Below, piece by piece: positions 11,521-23,550 of a DNA stretch of 64,000 nucleotides. The stretch is taken from the NCBI GenBank assembly GCA_045837725.1, contig JBEWZL010000179.1, positions 620,001-684,000 on the forward strand, read 5' to 3'. The number at the start of each line of letters is the position of its first letter. Position 1 is the first letter of the stretch. Made by a program: the position numbers and the translations under genes. The DNA is from Vermamoeba vermiformis (Eukaryota). The notes beneath the pieces are model-generated. The model was not told the DNA's origin and did not search any database. It saw only the letters and a list, made by a program, of their open reading frames with translations.

Positions 11521-12102
11521 ATGAACAATATTTTGATAAACTGTATTTTGTTGGCGATTCTTATCGCTCCATCCGCAGTGCACTCACAGCCCAAATCAAC
11601 AGGTAATACATAATCAAGCCAAATTTCTTACAATCTACACGATAAATCTGATTAGCATTGGAATTAAAACGAAGAAATTTAGCAGGAGATCGCGAATCTA
11701 TAAAAATGGATCTTCTTTTTTGAGTATTACTTGCTTAGCCAGAAATTTTAACCTAACCACCTAATTGATTTTTTAGATTGCACCCAGCACGATCCGTCGT
11801 ACTGCAACCACGGCACTTGCAATGTTACTACTGGAACTTGCACCTGCGACACGCATTACTTTGGTGAAACGTGTGGTGTCAAGTGCACGCGCGAAGACAC
11901 GTGCAATTACATCGGAGTATGCTCCGATGATGGCTCTTGCATTTGCCCACCTGGCTATTTTGGATCGTCATGTCATGGCAACAAAGCAGTCATGACAGCT
12001 TTCATTGTGAGCCTTGTACTCGCTGCATTGGTCGTTGTTATTATCATTGTTTTTGCTATCAGAGAGCGCTGCAGAAAGCATGGTTATGAACTTGTTAAGT
12101 AG
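11521..12102 (+). CDS. Small type I membrane protein with two EGF-like domains, 2 exons (absent from the ORF track)
   Basis: Signal peptide; CNHGTCNVTTGTCTCDTHYFGETC and CNYIGVCSDDGSCICPPGYFGSSC; hydrophobic helix; tail RERCRKHGYELVK*. Confidence 0.85.
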
Positions 12103-12360
12103 TTATTGTCTTTAACGGTACTTTCAAGCCATTTGAAAGCTATGTCCTCCACACCCGCGGATCACATGCAAATAAAAATTCGCCATCCGACCAGATCTGC
12201 AAATGAACGAACAGGAAGTACAAGGATTTCGGGCTTCTCCTTGATAACCTCCTATAAACGCTTGTTAAAGGTGGTCGTTGAATGCACTAATTATTTGGAT
12301 TGCCACAATTAACAATTACAAGGAAAATAAACGGGAGCTAATTTGGCAGATCCTGCTTTA

Positions 12361-15300
12361 CTACAGTCGATTGGTATTATTCACAAAGTTGTTATTGTTC
12401 GAACTCCAATAATTATTATTATTATTATTATTGTTATTATTCGGAGCATGCTCTTGCAAATACGCTTCGATATTTCTCCGCATCACGTCATCTTCGAGCA
12501 CCGCTGGTTGTGAGTTATTGTTGCTATTCACAGAATTATTATTAACATTATTTTCATCTTCTTGATTATTGCTCTCTTCATCTTCTGCTGCGCCATGTGC
12601 TCGCATCTGGTAAAAAAATAATTGTGAGTAAAACTCATGTCTCAAAAGTAGCGGATCCACTTTTCATGAAACTTACCCGAATAGGCTTCAAATCGCTCAA
12701 CGAATAACAACTATCTTTAGTGCTAAATAAATGTATTCGCCCACTTTCATCTCCACATACAACTACGTCGTCAGATCTCGACAGATCCAATGAACTGTAA
12801 CTCAAATTAGTAAACGATACTAGGGAGTTATAATAATATTACCTTATATGGGAATTTCCTCCAGGTAAGGCGTTGACCAATGGCGAGCCAGCAGCAATGT
12901 CCCAGATTCGCACCTATGATGAGCTCGTTCAGTGAAAATTGTCAAAATAAAATTGATAAAATAAATGACTCGGTGCGGGTCGTACCATGCTGTCTTCACC
13001 ACCGGTCACTAAAAATGTTCCAAAGTGCGTCCATTTTGTTGAATTGACGCCGACGACTTCGGCATTTTCTTCAATTCCTGGTGGCGCTGCAAACATTAAC
13101 CATTAGAACCAACTTTAATAAGCAACATAGAGACACAATAGTCATAATAAAATATATTTGCTATTATAATAATAAACTTACGTTCGTGGTGGAAAATGTG
13201 CACTGGATGCGACGGAAATCTGACGTCAAACACGAGACAACGATTGTCCGTGGCTGATGATTGGACATATCGCTCACAAGGACTGAACGAGACGATGTTC
13301 ACGTCCTTTTGGAGAGTTTTCAATGTGCTCACTTGTCCTCGTTTGCGGAGGTCATAGATCCGCAGTAGATCTTGTGTCGCATAGACGATCAATGATTGCG
13401 ATTCTTCGCAGGCAGATGTTCCTAAAAAGGAAATAAGTATGGTGCTAATCGGAATAACTGAGGAAATGTGCATAACAAGTTTCGTTAATAAATGAATTTT
13501 TTCCAAATTAGGAAGTTGGTGATATGATTTACCTATTGAGGAAACCATGCCACGTGACTCATTGATCACTTGCACAGGTTTGTCCACGCGTTCCAAGTCC
13601 CATATTTGCAGCTCTCCTCGGCGGTTTTGTGTCTCCGTGCCAACGAACAAATTCTCTTTGTACCGGCCTCTTCCGAACGCAATATCAATAACCCTAAAAA
13701 GAATTAGTTTCCACGAAGGTGTTTCCTAATTAGGCAATGGCAAGTACTTACATAGCATTTAGCCTCGGCAGTTTGGCTTTACTGCGACCAATGTCAATGT
13801 CCCAAACAAACACCCTAAAAAAATGTTCAGTGAAATCATTTTCCAAATAAGGAAAGTACTGAGTCATCTTACGTGTGTTTAGAAAACGAAGCAATCATAT
13901 TTGGATCTTCGTAGTGCGGAATAACGTTCAAAATTTTGTTCTCGTGTCCTTCAAAAATTTCTCCTTCAACTTTTCCGAGGTACTTTTCAACAACGCCCGT
14001 AGTCGCAGATCGCACCTAATATCAATTGTTATTATATAGTCAATAGTAGGTGCCTGGTAGATACTTACTATAATATCTTTATCATATGAGGCTGTAATGA
14101 TTTGAGATCCGTCCAGCGAAAACATTGACGCGGACACAGTTTGTTTGTGATCGTTAAATATTCTCACAGAGCCTAATAATGCAAATTAATAATCAATATA
14201 ATACTATATATAGACTACATGTTATATTAAACATAATATATATATTATACTCACCTTGTGTCAAATCATACAGCAGCGATAAATGCATGATGGAATTTGT
14301 ATTCGTATGCGCTGTGCCAACCAACACTTTCGTACTGCAAATATAATATTAGTATATATATATATGACATATATATTAATATAGACGTACCCATTTGGAT
14401 CTAATTTACAATCGACGATCGCATCCGAAGGCATGTTCGATGAGCCAATCAGTTCGAATTGTTTCAGCACTGATTTCAGTGTGATTCGTTTGTGCTATAA
14501 TAGTAATAATGTTTAATACTCTAGTATTACTATTATTGAAGTATTTAGACGTACATTGGCTGGTGAAATGACGGATCCGTATTCTCGCCTTCGAGCAAGT
14601 TTTCCCGTACTTTCAAGTTCAAATCGTTTTCGCAAATATTTTGTTTTATCTTCGTATATTATTGGCTTAGATCCACTGCAAATAAAAAAAATTATCATTA
14701 ATTTATGCACGTGTCTGTATTATTATTATTGGACTTACAGTTCGCCGTTTCCTTTTTGATCTAAATATCGTAAAATATCTTTGCCTGTTCGTCCCGGCAA
14801 TTTCCTAATTAGGAAAGTTAGATTAGCGGAATAATTAGTAAACTGAAGTACGTACAAGCAAACTTGGTCAATTGTCGTTTTGTTGACTGGACTTAATTGC
14901 AGCACTTCAGACTCGAGCTTTGAAAAAGGCACGTGCAATATATCTCCGTTGACGAGCCCTTGGATGTATTTACCATGTAATTGCTGCAATTTTTTGATCA
15001 TATCGTCCGTCAAAAATGGTCGTGGAATGGGAACTCCTTCACGAACAAAAAACATCGAAAATTCCGCTTCGCTGGTAGTGAACGAAACGTTAGCAAAGAT
15101 TCTTTTACCAAATATGGTAACTTACAATTCTGCAAAGATAGCTTTTTTCAGCTCTTCAGGCGCATTTGACAATAAGTTTTTGAAGTCAGGATTACTTTTG
15201 AGCTACGAAGGTCACGTCAGTAATGGATTTCCAAATAAGGAAATATAAAACAACGACTTACCGTTCTTAGAAATTCTTTTTTGTTCGTGTTCCACAAAGC

Positions 15301-16061
15301 TCTTGCCGTTGCAATATTTTTGATCAAAACATTGAGCTCGCCAATAACTTGATCAATTTGCGTGTATTGACGCGCCATTTCTTCCTAAAAAGCCGGTTAA
15401 TATCTTATAAATAAATTAATATGAATATACTTACTTTTTCAGTGTCATAACTTAGCGACGGATAAACTTGTCGCAGAGCAGATGACGAAAAATCGAAAAA
15501 GAAACAGTCCTCTGGCCCAGCCTTACGATCGAATCTGAAATAATTAAAAGGATTAATAAATTATGATTGCTATACATTGATCAGGGACGGTGAAGCAAAG
15601 CGATTTTAAGTTTGTTTGCCAAATAAGGAAAATTCTGTTTTTAAAAGATGGACTTACTCCCAATTCAACTGCTCTGCTTGTTGGTTGCCGTTATTAGATT
15701 GATTGCCGTTCGTATTAGAAGTTGCATTTCGTTGACCACGACTAACTTCGCTACGTTCATCCGCATTGTTATTGTTGTTTGTATTGTTTGTAGCATTCGT
15801 AGCGGTACTTCGTTCATCTTCTGAATCATTTATGATCTCTTCGCGAGATTTTTCGGATCTAGCGCGTTTATTAACATGAAGAGACTGATCTGCTGTTTCG
15901 GATAATTTTCGTTCTGGACCTCGGTTAAAAATCCAGATCTAGCTTTCAATTTTGGAAAGACTTACTCTTAAGTACATTTTCTCGTTGTTCGTAATAATTT
16001 TTGAGGATTTGAAATGATGTTCTAAGAAACTCAAGTCTATTTTCAGATCGTTAAGGAACAT
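12361..16061 (-). CDS. WD40-repeat protein with a Myb/SANT-like segment and an Asn-rich tail, many exons; start uncertain
   Basis: WD repeats HKQTVSASMFSLDGSQIITASYDK, LQIWDL, LRIYDLR and SSATDNRCLVFDVR. Also KLPGRTGKDILRY. Confidence 0.8.
12408..12441. repeat. (ATT)n simple repeat encoding poly-Asn on the minus strand
   Basis: aataattattattattattattattgttattatt. Confidence 0.85.
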
Positions 16062-16414
16062 CAATTTTAAAAATTCAGAAAAATTATTCTATGATTGAAT
16101 TTAATATTGGGATACTGGTCGACATCTCGCAAATTGATTTCTGTCATTTTTGCGCTGATCTAAATTTGTTTGTTAGTTCGTTTCAGATCCCTCTAGAGTT
16201 AACTTACTTACCCGTCGCTAAATAATTAACATAATAAATATTTACAAAATAATACGTTATTATAAGTACATTGGTGCTCTTTTATTTGAGCAAGCGAAGA
16301 TAAAAAAAAGCAAAATTACTTGGTTTATTTTCATACCCAGCAATTTTGTAAATAACACATATAGTGGAGTTAGTATAGTAACTATGATAAGGTAGTATAT
16401 TTGTGGAGTCAATC

Positions 16415-17947
16415 ATGTATCAGCAGCCAAACTATCAGTTCCTACATCCGCCGCCTTTTCCTCCTCCATTCGTTGACCCTGTTGTGGAGGGAAAACGTAA
16501 GAAAAATACAGCAAATCTATTTTTAATATGAAATTATTGCCCACACCGTCGCTTTTCACGAATAGCAGGCGGATTAAGTTAACTTATTCAAATATTCGAA
16601 AATTAATACGATACAGCCTTATAAATATTTTCTAATATTAGTATTAATTTTATTTACCAAAGGCGAGGCTGCACGATGGGCCAAAGAGTTCGAACAGCGA
16701 CACCAACAGGAGATCGAAGAAGCAAAGAAGCTCGTACCTAGTTTAATCAAACATAATCTCAACAAAGCAAATATTTTAATATCAGAGATTGAGAAAGGTG
16801 AAGGAGATAATTTGGAGGAGAAAAAGGTAGGTCAAATAAGATCAGATCTGCTCGTAGGCTTTTGTGGACCAATTATGAACGATTCTAGAGTAGCTAATGC
16901 TAAATTTATTATAGAATGAAGTCGAAGAATTATTAAAACCATTTAGAAACGAGACTGTTCGAGATCTGATCAAAATCAAGATCGCTCGCCAACAAAGGAA
17001 GATGGTAAGAAGTTTCGATATAGCGATCAAATCGCAATATATTAATATTGTTCGTACCTTTAGAAATGGAAGAAAAAGAAGAGGAAAGAAGCACAAGAAT
17101 ATCATCGACAACAGAAATCGTTAGGCCCCATCCTCGAAAAAATCATCGATGAGTGGCAACAAAGCGAATTTGCGAAAGAAAAAGAGACTAGGAAGGTATG
17201 TATTATCAATATGTATAATACTCATGAGTGTCATGCTGATCTGGATCCGCTCATAGCGAGTGCAAGAAGAAAAAGAGACGGCAGCACGAAAACACCAACA
17301 AGCCAAAGAAAACAAGCAAAAGCGAGAACTAGCGTCGTTAATTTGCAGACTGGAGCAGTTAAGAAGATTAAGATACAAAAAGAAACTTGCTGAAGGTAAG
17401 TACATCCGATCTGCTTCGCTGTTTTAAACTTGCCTTGATATCCAATCAAATAATGACATGCTTTCATTGTATAGGACGACCAGTATTGAATATTGATCGC
17501 TTTGACTCGTTTTTAATGCCCGGAGATGACGCCGAGATGCACGACAGTAAAGATAAGGAAAACTCGACCGAGAATAACACCAACACGATAAATAACCATA
17601 ATAATAATACAGATAATAATCGTAATAATAATAACAAGAATGAGGGTAATATGAATGACCAAGGAAATAATAATAATGAAAAGCCAGCAACTGAAACAAA
17701 CGCGGAATTAATATACGGTCGGTTTAAAGAAGATCCAGAAGGGTTCTATTATCAAGCTTATGCTAGTATAGACAATTTAATAGCGGTTAGAAAGGAATGG
17801 GATCGATATTTAGTTGCGATCCCGGGTACCGGCAGCAGAATCCCGCCGTACTTTATTCCGCCACCGCCGACACCGAATCCGACCTGGGCTCGATTTATTG
17901 TTAATAATGTTAATGCCACAAATAGCAACAATGTAAATATAAAATGA
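16415..17947 (+). CDS. PDCD7: PDCD7 / U11-59K minor-spliceosome protein, multi-exon
   Basis: Pro-rich N-terminus and a charged coiled coil (LEQLRRLR). The C-terminal FYYQAYASIDNLIAVRKEWDRYLV...GSRIPPYFIPPPPTPNPTWARFI matches the family signature. Confidence 0.8.
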
Positions 17948-18165
17948 AATCATCTTTAACTTTGCCTGGATCTCTTCAGGGAACAATTTATTAACCTTAT
18001 TGCTGTGATTCGTTTGTAATTTTGGGTTAGATAAATGTTCAGTTTTAAAAAGTATTGTTTTATATAGCCAAAACTGGTGTAATAAGAGCGCAATATTTGC
18101 TTGATTGTTATACTCGATTGGTGAAGTTTGCAAACAGTTGAACGTAACGGATTCGATCTAAAGCA

Positions 18166-19557
18166 ATGGAAGCGCCCAATATTCATATTATATCAGCTGA
18201 TGGACAACCTGTTAATATGGCTAACATGGGCGCTAATTCAATGGCTCAACTAGACCGTAATCCGGGATCGGCCAGCTTATTCGCACCACCATTATACCCT
18301 GCTAGTTATAACGTAAGGAAGTCATTTATATGTTCAATATATATTATACGCAACCTTAATTTTAAATATCATAAGATCTTTATATAATTAATTAATTTTT
18401 AATAATCGGATCTTATTTAAAGTTTGGTAACGCGCCGACTGCCAAAGAAGAAGTCCCGCCGAAATTACTTAACAACAATATTTTAAGGTAAGATAAAACC
18501 GTCCATTGTTATTTATTGTTCAAACGACTAAGCAATGAGCGCCATCAGAGTTCAACAACGCGGCATCTTGGCCCACACCCACAGCATGGACGAGCTGTTC
18601 TCGATCAAAGATATCTTGAACGGCGAGAACATCGATGCCAATGAACTGCCCATTACTGACTTTGGTAACCCTCCTGTCATCGCCAAGGACGGTGAGACTC
18701 CCGCGGATCAAGAATCCGCTCAGTCGTTCCAAGGAGCAGCAGCTAAGAGTAACGCAACAGCATCGGTTGATAATGTCGGCGGTACTATGGTGTCAATCGG
18801 AAAACAAGAAACAGCTGGCGAGGATCAGCGAAATGGATTTAACGCTCAATCAAAGATGACAGGCAATCAAACATCAGCCGAGCAGCAAGTAAGCATTTTT
18901 ATTACTTAACGATGCTTAAATACCACCTTTAATTATCTTATAAAATCTCCGCATTTTTAAGATTAAATTATGACAACAGCTTAATTTGCCGAAAGCTAAG
19001 TTTAGCCTCTTCCAACGAAAGAATCGATCTTTATTAAGTATGACAAACACTTATATTTACTAATAGGCGTCTTACGGATTGGAAACCGATGACCAAGAAG
19101 GATCAACTTACGACGATCAGTACAACAAAGTCGTACCGAAACTCAGATTTAAAAGTCCGAAGCGAAAAAGTCCGAGCAGCAGCGAAGAGAAGCTCATTGA
19201 AGTTAATGAAGGAGAACAGAACGAAAACGACAAGCCGATCGTGCACGTCAATAAGAAACGCAGATTCAACTCTTACCAATATTTATTCTCGCCAGATTTC
19301 GACGATAACCCTAATCAATATATAGGTACGTTATTTATCATATTAAGGCCAGTACGAGCCGATTTCTAATTTTTTTGCTGGCAGATGTGTTACGAACAAA
19401 GTATACTTTGCCCAACAAGTCAAATACTTACTTCGAAGATGGCGGCAGATTCACTGAAATTTCGCTAGCCATCAGAAAGCAACGGATCGCAAAGGAACTA
19501 GCGCAAAAAGATCAGATGAAACAAGTCAGAGTGAAAAAAACTCTCAAAGCAAAATAG
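18166..19557 (+). CDS. Hypothetical low-complexity protein with NLS-like motifs, multi-exon
   Basis: Same-strand ORFs linked by GT-AG introns; contains SPKRKSP and KKRRF. Confidence 0.6.
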
Positions 19558-19912
19558 CTGCGAGGCAATTTCAACGCGCACTCGAATGAACGTCGTTTCA
19601 GCACTGATTTTTTTAGCGAAAACAAAGAAACTTAACCTTACACGCTCGTGTACACTTGTAATATAGCCGAAAAAGAAACAAAGAAGCACCTTTTTTTTTT
19701 TGAAAGCTGTATTAATACCTTACAATTAACCCTTATGCTGTTTTTTATTTTCCTTGTAAACCGTGACAAGGATTTTTGTTCTCGGAGTGAGCGGGTTCAA
19801 ATTTTCCGAAGAGGGGAGGCTTTTTTTGACTTCAAAATGCTTTGAAGCACGAACGTGCCTTTTCGTTTATTGGCCGATATTTAATTGGACTTAATCCATT
19901 AGGTTTGCTGGG

Positions 19913-21533
19913 ATGGTAGGTTCGCGATCTGAACTCCGCAGTCAAGAGGATATTTTAATAACAATAATGCAATTCATTATTTATTATACAATGAGTCTTT
20001 GATTATAAATTGAATTTTGTAATTATTGGCTAATTTAGTAATAAAATTAATTATTTTTTCAGGATCTGCCCACAGAAATTTGGATTCATATCCTTTCGGA
20101 CTTCTTTGCATCATATTCCATGCGAGAAAAAATATGGCTTCAAAATGTGGCCGCTTTCTTGCAAGGTACTGAAGAGGACGAATTAACCGATCTGGATTTA
20201 CAACCAGCAAGCATTTATGAACGTCAAAAAGAAGTATATTACATGGCATTCCATTTTACTGTCTACAACAAGCAGTTGTAAGAAAAAAAATATCTGTTGC
20301 GTGACCTGATCGAGCTGACAGATTCGATTTTAGCGCAGCCGTAATGCAATCAAGACAAATATGGAAATCTATTTTCGAATGCACAGTAGGCACATATGAT
20401 TGGCGAAGAAGAGTGCCGCAAGAATTTGAAGTACGACTACAATCTGATTATTTAGCCGCTTGTACCTTCCTCCGCACATTTCAATTTCATTCGCATTTAA
20501 AATACGCACTCAGCGACAACGCGTTGCAACATTATATGCCCGATTTTACGAAAGAAACAAATCCTTCATGTACTAGATGCCAAGAACGAGTTCCTCACGA
20601 ACATTGGGTCAAGTTCAATGCACGGACACAGAAGCTCGTAGAATTCGAAAATTGGCCGCAATTTAACGACCAAATTCAAGTGATCAACGCAGAAAAAAAG
20701 TTTTTAGTCATTTCAAGATTAGAAGAGATCGTTTTATTCGATATCGAAAATGATTGCGTAGTTTGCAGGTTCTCCACGCAAATGCTTCCGAGAAAATATC
20801 ATCTCTTTTTTATCAATCGTAAGTAGTATTCCTTATATAGTAAAATAATAGATATTAATGCTATTTAAAGTGTACAAGAAAAAACTCGTATTCGCAGTTC
20901 AAGGTTTAGGCTATTACTTAAGAACACTTATACTAGACTTAGACAAAGGTCTATGTATCACAGACGATGATATTTCGACGTACAAACATTGGCCGCAAAC
21001 ACCGTACTACGTGTCATCGATTCTCAGTGGAGATCTCATCAAGTTCAAAATTCTGAACGACGATAATTCATTCACCACAATTCAGTTCGAAGCTGACTCG
21101 GCTGATCAAACAATTCTAAGAACAGATAATCCATGCACTACATACTTCATCGATAATAGGTAAGTGGTTCAGCTGAACTTCGTACCCGGATCTTTTTGAC
21201 ACGTGTCATTTTTTTGACAGGATGATTGTTAATGTCAAAGACGAAAGAGTCTACGAAGTCAACCCTCTAACTAGACGGATCATATATACTTTTCCTATTC
21301 CAAGTTTGGCAGATAACAGTATATTTTTGAGCACATTCACTCTGTCAGTTAGAATGGATCCGTCGCAAGACTACACGACTGCGACTCTACGGGATGTTTA
21401 TGACAATAAGATACTAGGATCTTTTCGCTTTAGAAACTCACTTACGGATTGGAACGCATTGTTAAATGGGGAGCCACTAGCAGAGCCTTCGCTACAATTT
21501 GTACAGACGGAAGAAAATAAAGTAATACTTTAA
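19913..21533 (+). CDS. F-box-like protein, paralog A
   Basis: M|DLPTEIWIHIL...YNKQ...SRQIWKSIF and CTRCQERVPHEHW. Exon layout is collinear with 23551-25212. The start codon is tentative. Confidence 0.7.
21197..21208. repeat. Intronic palindrome TGACACGTGTCA, copy 1
   Basis: Exact 12-mer in the last intron of F-box paralog A. Confidence 0.9.
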
Positions 21534-23113
21534 TAAATTCTACTTGCTGTTACAGTGTTGAATTTAGTCGCAACGGACGACCAATCTGAAAACCACCAAC
21601 GAAGGTCGAGCGTTGAATTTGTCACGTGTAGCATCCAGGCCTGTTCTGCACCAAGCAGCAGAGCGTAACGATGTGCAGCGTGCTTACGCTTTGCGAGGGC
21701 CTCTTTAGATGCACTGGTACAAATCTCCAGATAAACACCGGGTTGATTTGAATGAAGGCCTATCAACAGGCCACTACGAGGGTTTTCAGAATCGTTAATT
21801 TCTGGCACTAAGGTGTATACGTCCTTTGGCAACAATGCACGAAGAACTGTGAAGAACTCTGCAACGAAGACAGCTTCCTCTCTGGGACCTGATAAATGAT
21901 CCGTATGGAGAGACTTGGTAGATGCAATTGGGTAGGCCAATAGATCGAATTGTTTCACAACTTGCTTCACAAGCCGTCTAATTTCAGTCTCGTCACACAA
22001 ATCAGGCATGATTTGATAGCTCAAGTTCCGACGATCAACAGCGGTCACGTTACTGATCAAATTGTAGATCAGAGGACAGGGAATTTTGAACGTATTGTGT
22101 GAAAGCGCCACTAGAACTCCGTTAGCGGCGAGATGTAGTGCCAATTGCACTTGGTCTGTTGCTGTTACGGAGAATGGTTGGAGGCCACTATAAATCGCTG
22201 TGCGAAGGAACTGACGGCATTGCATCGCAAGATCAATTTCCTGCTGTGTTGCATGGCCCAACTTCAAGTCGGCTTCTGTTAGCGACAACTTATGCGTCAT
22301 CGAGTGCATCCAACTTGGAAGGTTTTTCATCAAGGAAGTTGTCGCGTACTGAAGCCACTTGCGAAGATCTTTTGCAATTGACGGGTTCGTAGCGATTGCA
22401 TGACAACACACACCCACGAGTGCTGCAAGGCCATTCGTTCGCTCGTGGATATCGTGCGAAATTTCATCGGGAATTTCAGTTGAGTACTGGCGAAGTAATT
22501 GCTTGACCTCGTCTTTTGACCAGTTACGCACTTCAATCTTCTCTGAGATATTGATCGCTTCAGCACCCAAAACTGGTACGCTGAATGTACCAGCCATAAC
22601 TACCGACAACAAGGATGGAGCGTGTGTTCGGAGTGAATAGAGGAGATGCAAAAAGTCATCTTTAACTTCTTTTGGCAAATGGTCAATGTTGTCGATGAAT
22701 AGCACCAACTTCCAGAAAATAGAATAACTTTCAAAATAGTTGAAAATATCTTCTTTAGACTCCAGCCGAAAATGTATTGAATCTGCCAGACAAAATCCAA
22801 CTGCTTTCCAAAATTCAAATGGAGGAAGTGCCTTCATATCAATGTACATATATGAGAAACCTTCACGACCTGCTATATCTACCATTGCGTTGAGCAATCG
22901 CGTCGTTATGCCAGATCCACGAGCGCCATAAAGCGTGATATAATCCCCTCTCAAAATCGCTGGTATTAAGTCTTTTTTGTTTTCTTCTGATGGATCCAAG
23001 ACGTAACAGTCCCTATTGCTGGTGGCACTGATGGCCCGATCGATTATAAACCTTGGTGAATTTGCATCTGCGCTGGTAGTAAATTCTGCAATTTGCAGCT
23101 TCTTTGTCTGCAA
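21530..23113 (-). CDS. Degenerate P-loop NTPase plus PD-(D/E)XK-like C-terminal domain (Crinkler CR-NTPase/REase-like); upstream exons (about 23185-23425) unresolved
   Basis: 527-aa uninterrupted ORF with TLYGARGSGITTRL (Walker A-like), LFIDNID (Walker B-like), TNGLAALVGVC and PREEAVFVAEF...PE...RSGLLI...YLEI...RY...AEQAWMLHVT. Confidence 0.7.
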   Translation of the reverse strand: MQTKKLQIAEFTTSADANSPRFIIDRAISATSNRDCYVLDPSEENKKDLIPAILRGDYITLYGARGSGITTRLLNAMVDIAGREGFSYMYIDMKALPPFEFWKAVGFCLADSIHFRLESKEDIFNYFESYSIFWKLVLFIDNIDHLPKEVKDDFLHLLYSLRTHAPSLLSVVMAGTFSVPVLGAEAINISEKIEVRNWSKDEVKQLLRQYSTEIPDEISHDIHERTNGLAALVGVCCHAIATNPSIAKDLRKWLQYATTSLMKNLPSWMHSMTHKLSLTEADLKLGHATQQEIDLAMQCRQFLRTAIYSGLQPFSVTATDQVQLALHLAANGVLVALSHNTFKIPCPLIYNLISNVTAVDRRNLSYQIMPDLCDETEIRRLVKQVVKQFDLLAYPIASTKSLHTDHLSGPREEAVFVAEFFTVLRALLPKDVYTLVPEINDSENPRSGLLIGLHSNQPGVYLEICTSASKEALAKRKHAAHRYALLLGAEQAWMLHVTNSTLDLRWWFSDWSSVATKFNTVTASRIY

Positions 23114-23550
23114 GCCTGATATGAAACGTTAATAATTATAGGTTATGTTAAATAAAATTTCGCATAATTAGGCTTTTTCACTTACCGTTCAAAAAGACCG
23201 AGATCTTACTAACGATAGATCTTCCTTGGTATAATATTGTAGCTTTGCCAATTGCAATGGGAGCTGTATAATATTAAACGAATTATTATTGGCGGTATAT
23301 AATATTTAAGAACAACTCACCTTGACCAGAATCCGATCTGCGAATCTGCAAGCCAGTTTTTAAAGCGCCGCCAGTTCTAGCCAAGGCAACACTACAAATG
23401 CGAGCAATCTTACTAACAAACATCGTGTAAATTTGTGGTGCTGTGTTGTTGCTGTTTATATTTTTGACATGACTTCACAAACTTAGAAAATTTCTGAATT
23501 TGTTTCATCATTAGTTGAACAATGAACTAGCAGTGCATGGCATCGAAAAT

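Noticed and set aside
17570-17680. AAT-rich repeats as a possible array
   Set aside because: Ordinary Asn-rich low-complexity coding sequence with no repeat-spacer structure.
20087-20096. ATATCCTTT resembling an AT-AC U12 donor
   Set aside because: It lies in coding sequence (IHIL) that aligns without a gap to paralog B.
21530-21533. TTAA as a piggyBac target site for the NTPase insert
   Set aside because: No terminal inverted repeats or transposase were seen, and TTAA is common in AT-rich DNA.
23320-23425. Mitochondrial-like presequence MFVSKIARICSVALAR for the NTPase gene
   Set aside because: Splicing to the next exon in that phase hits a stop; I could not build a consistent model.
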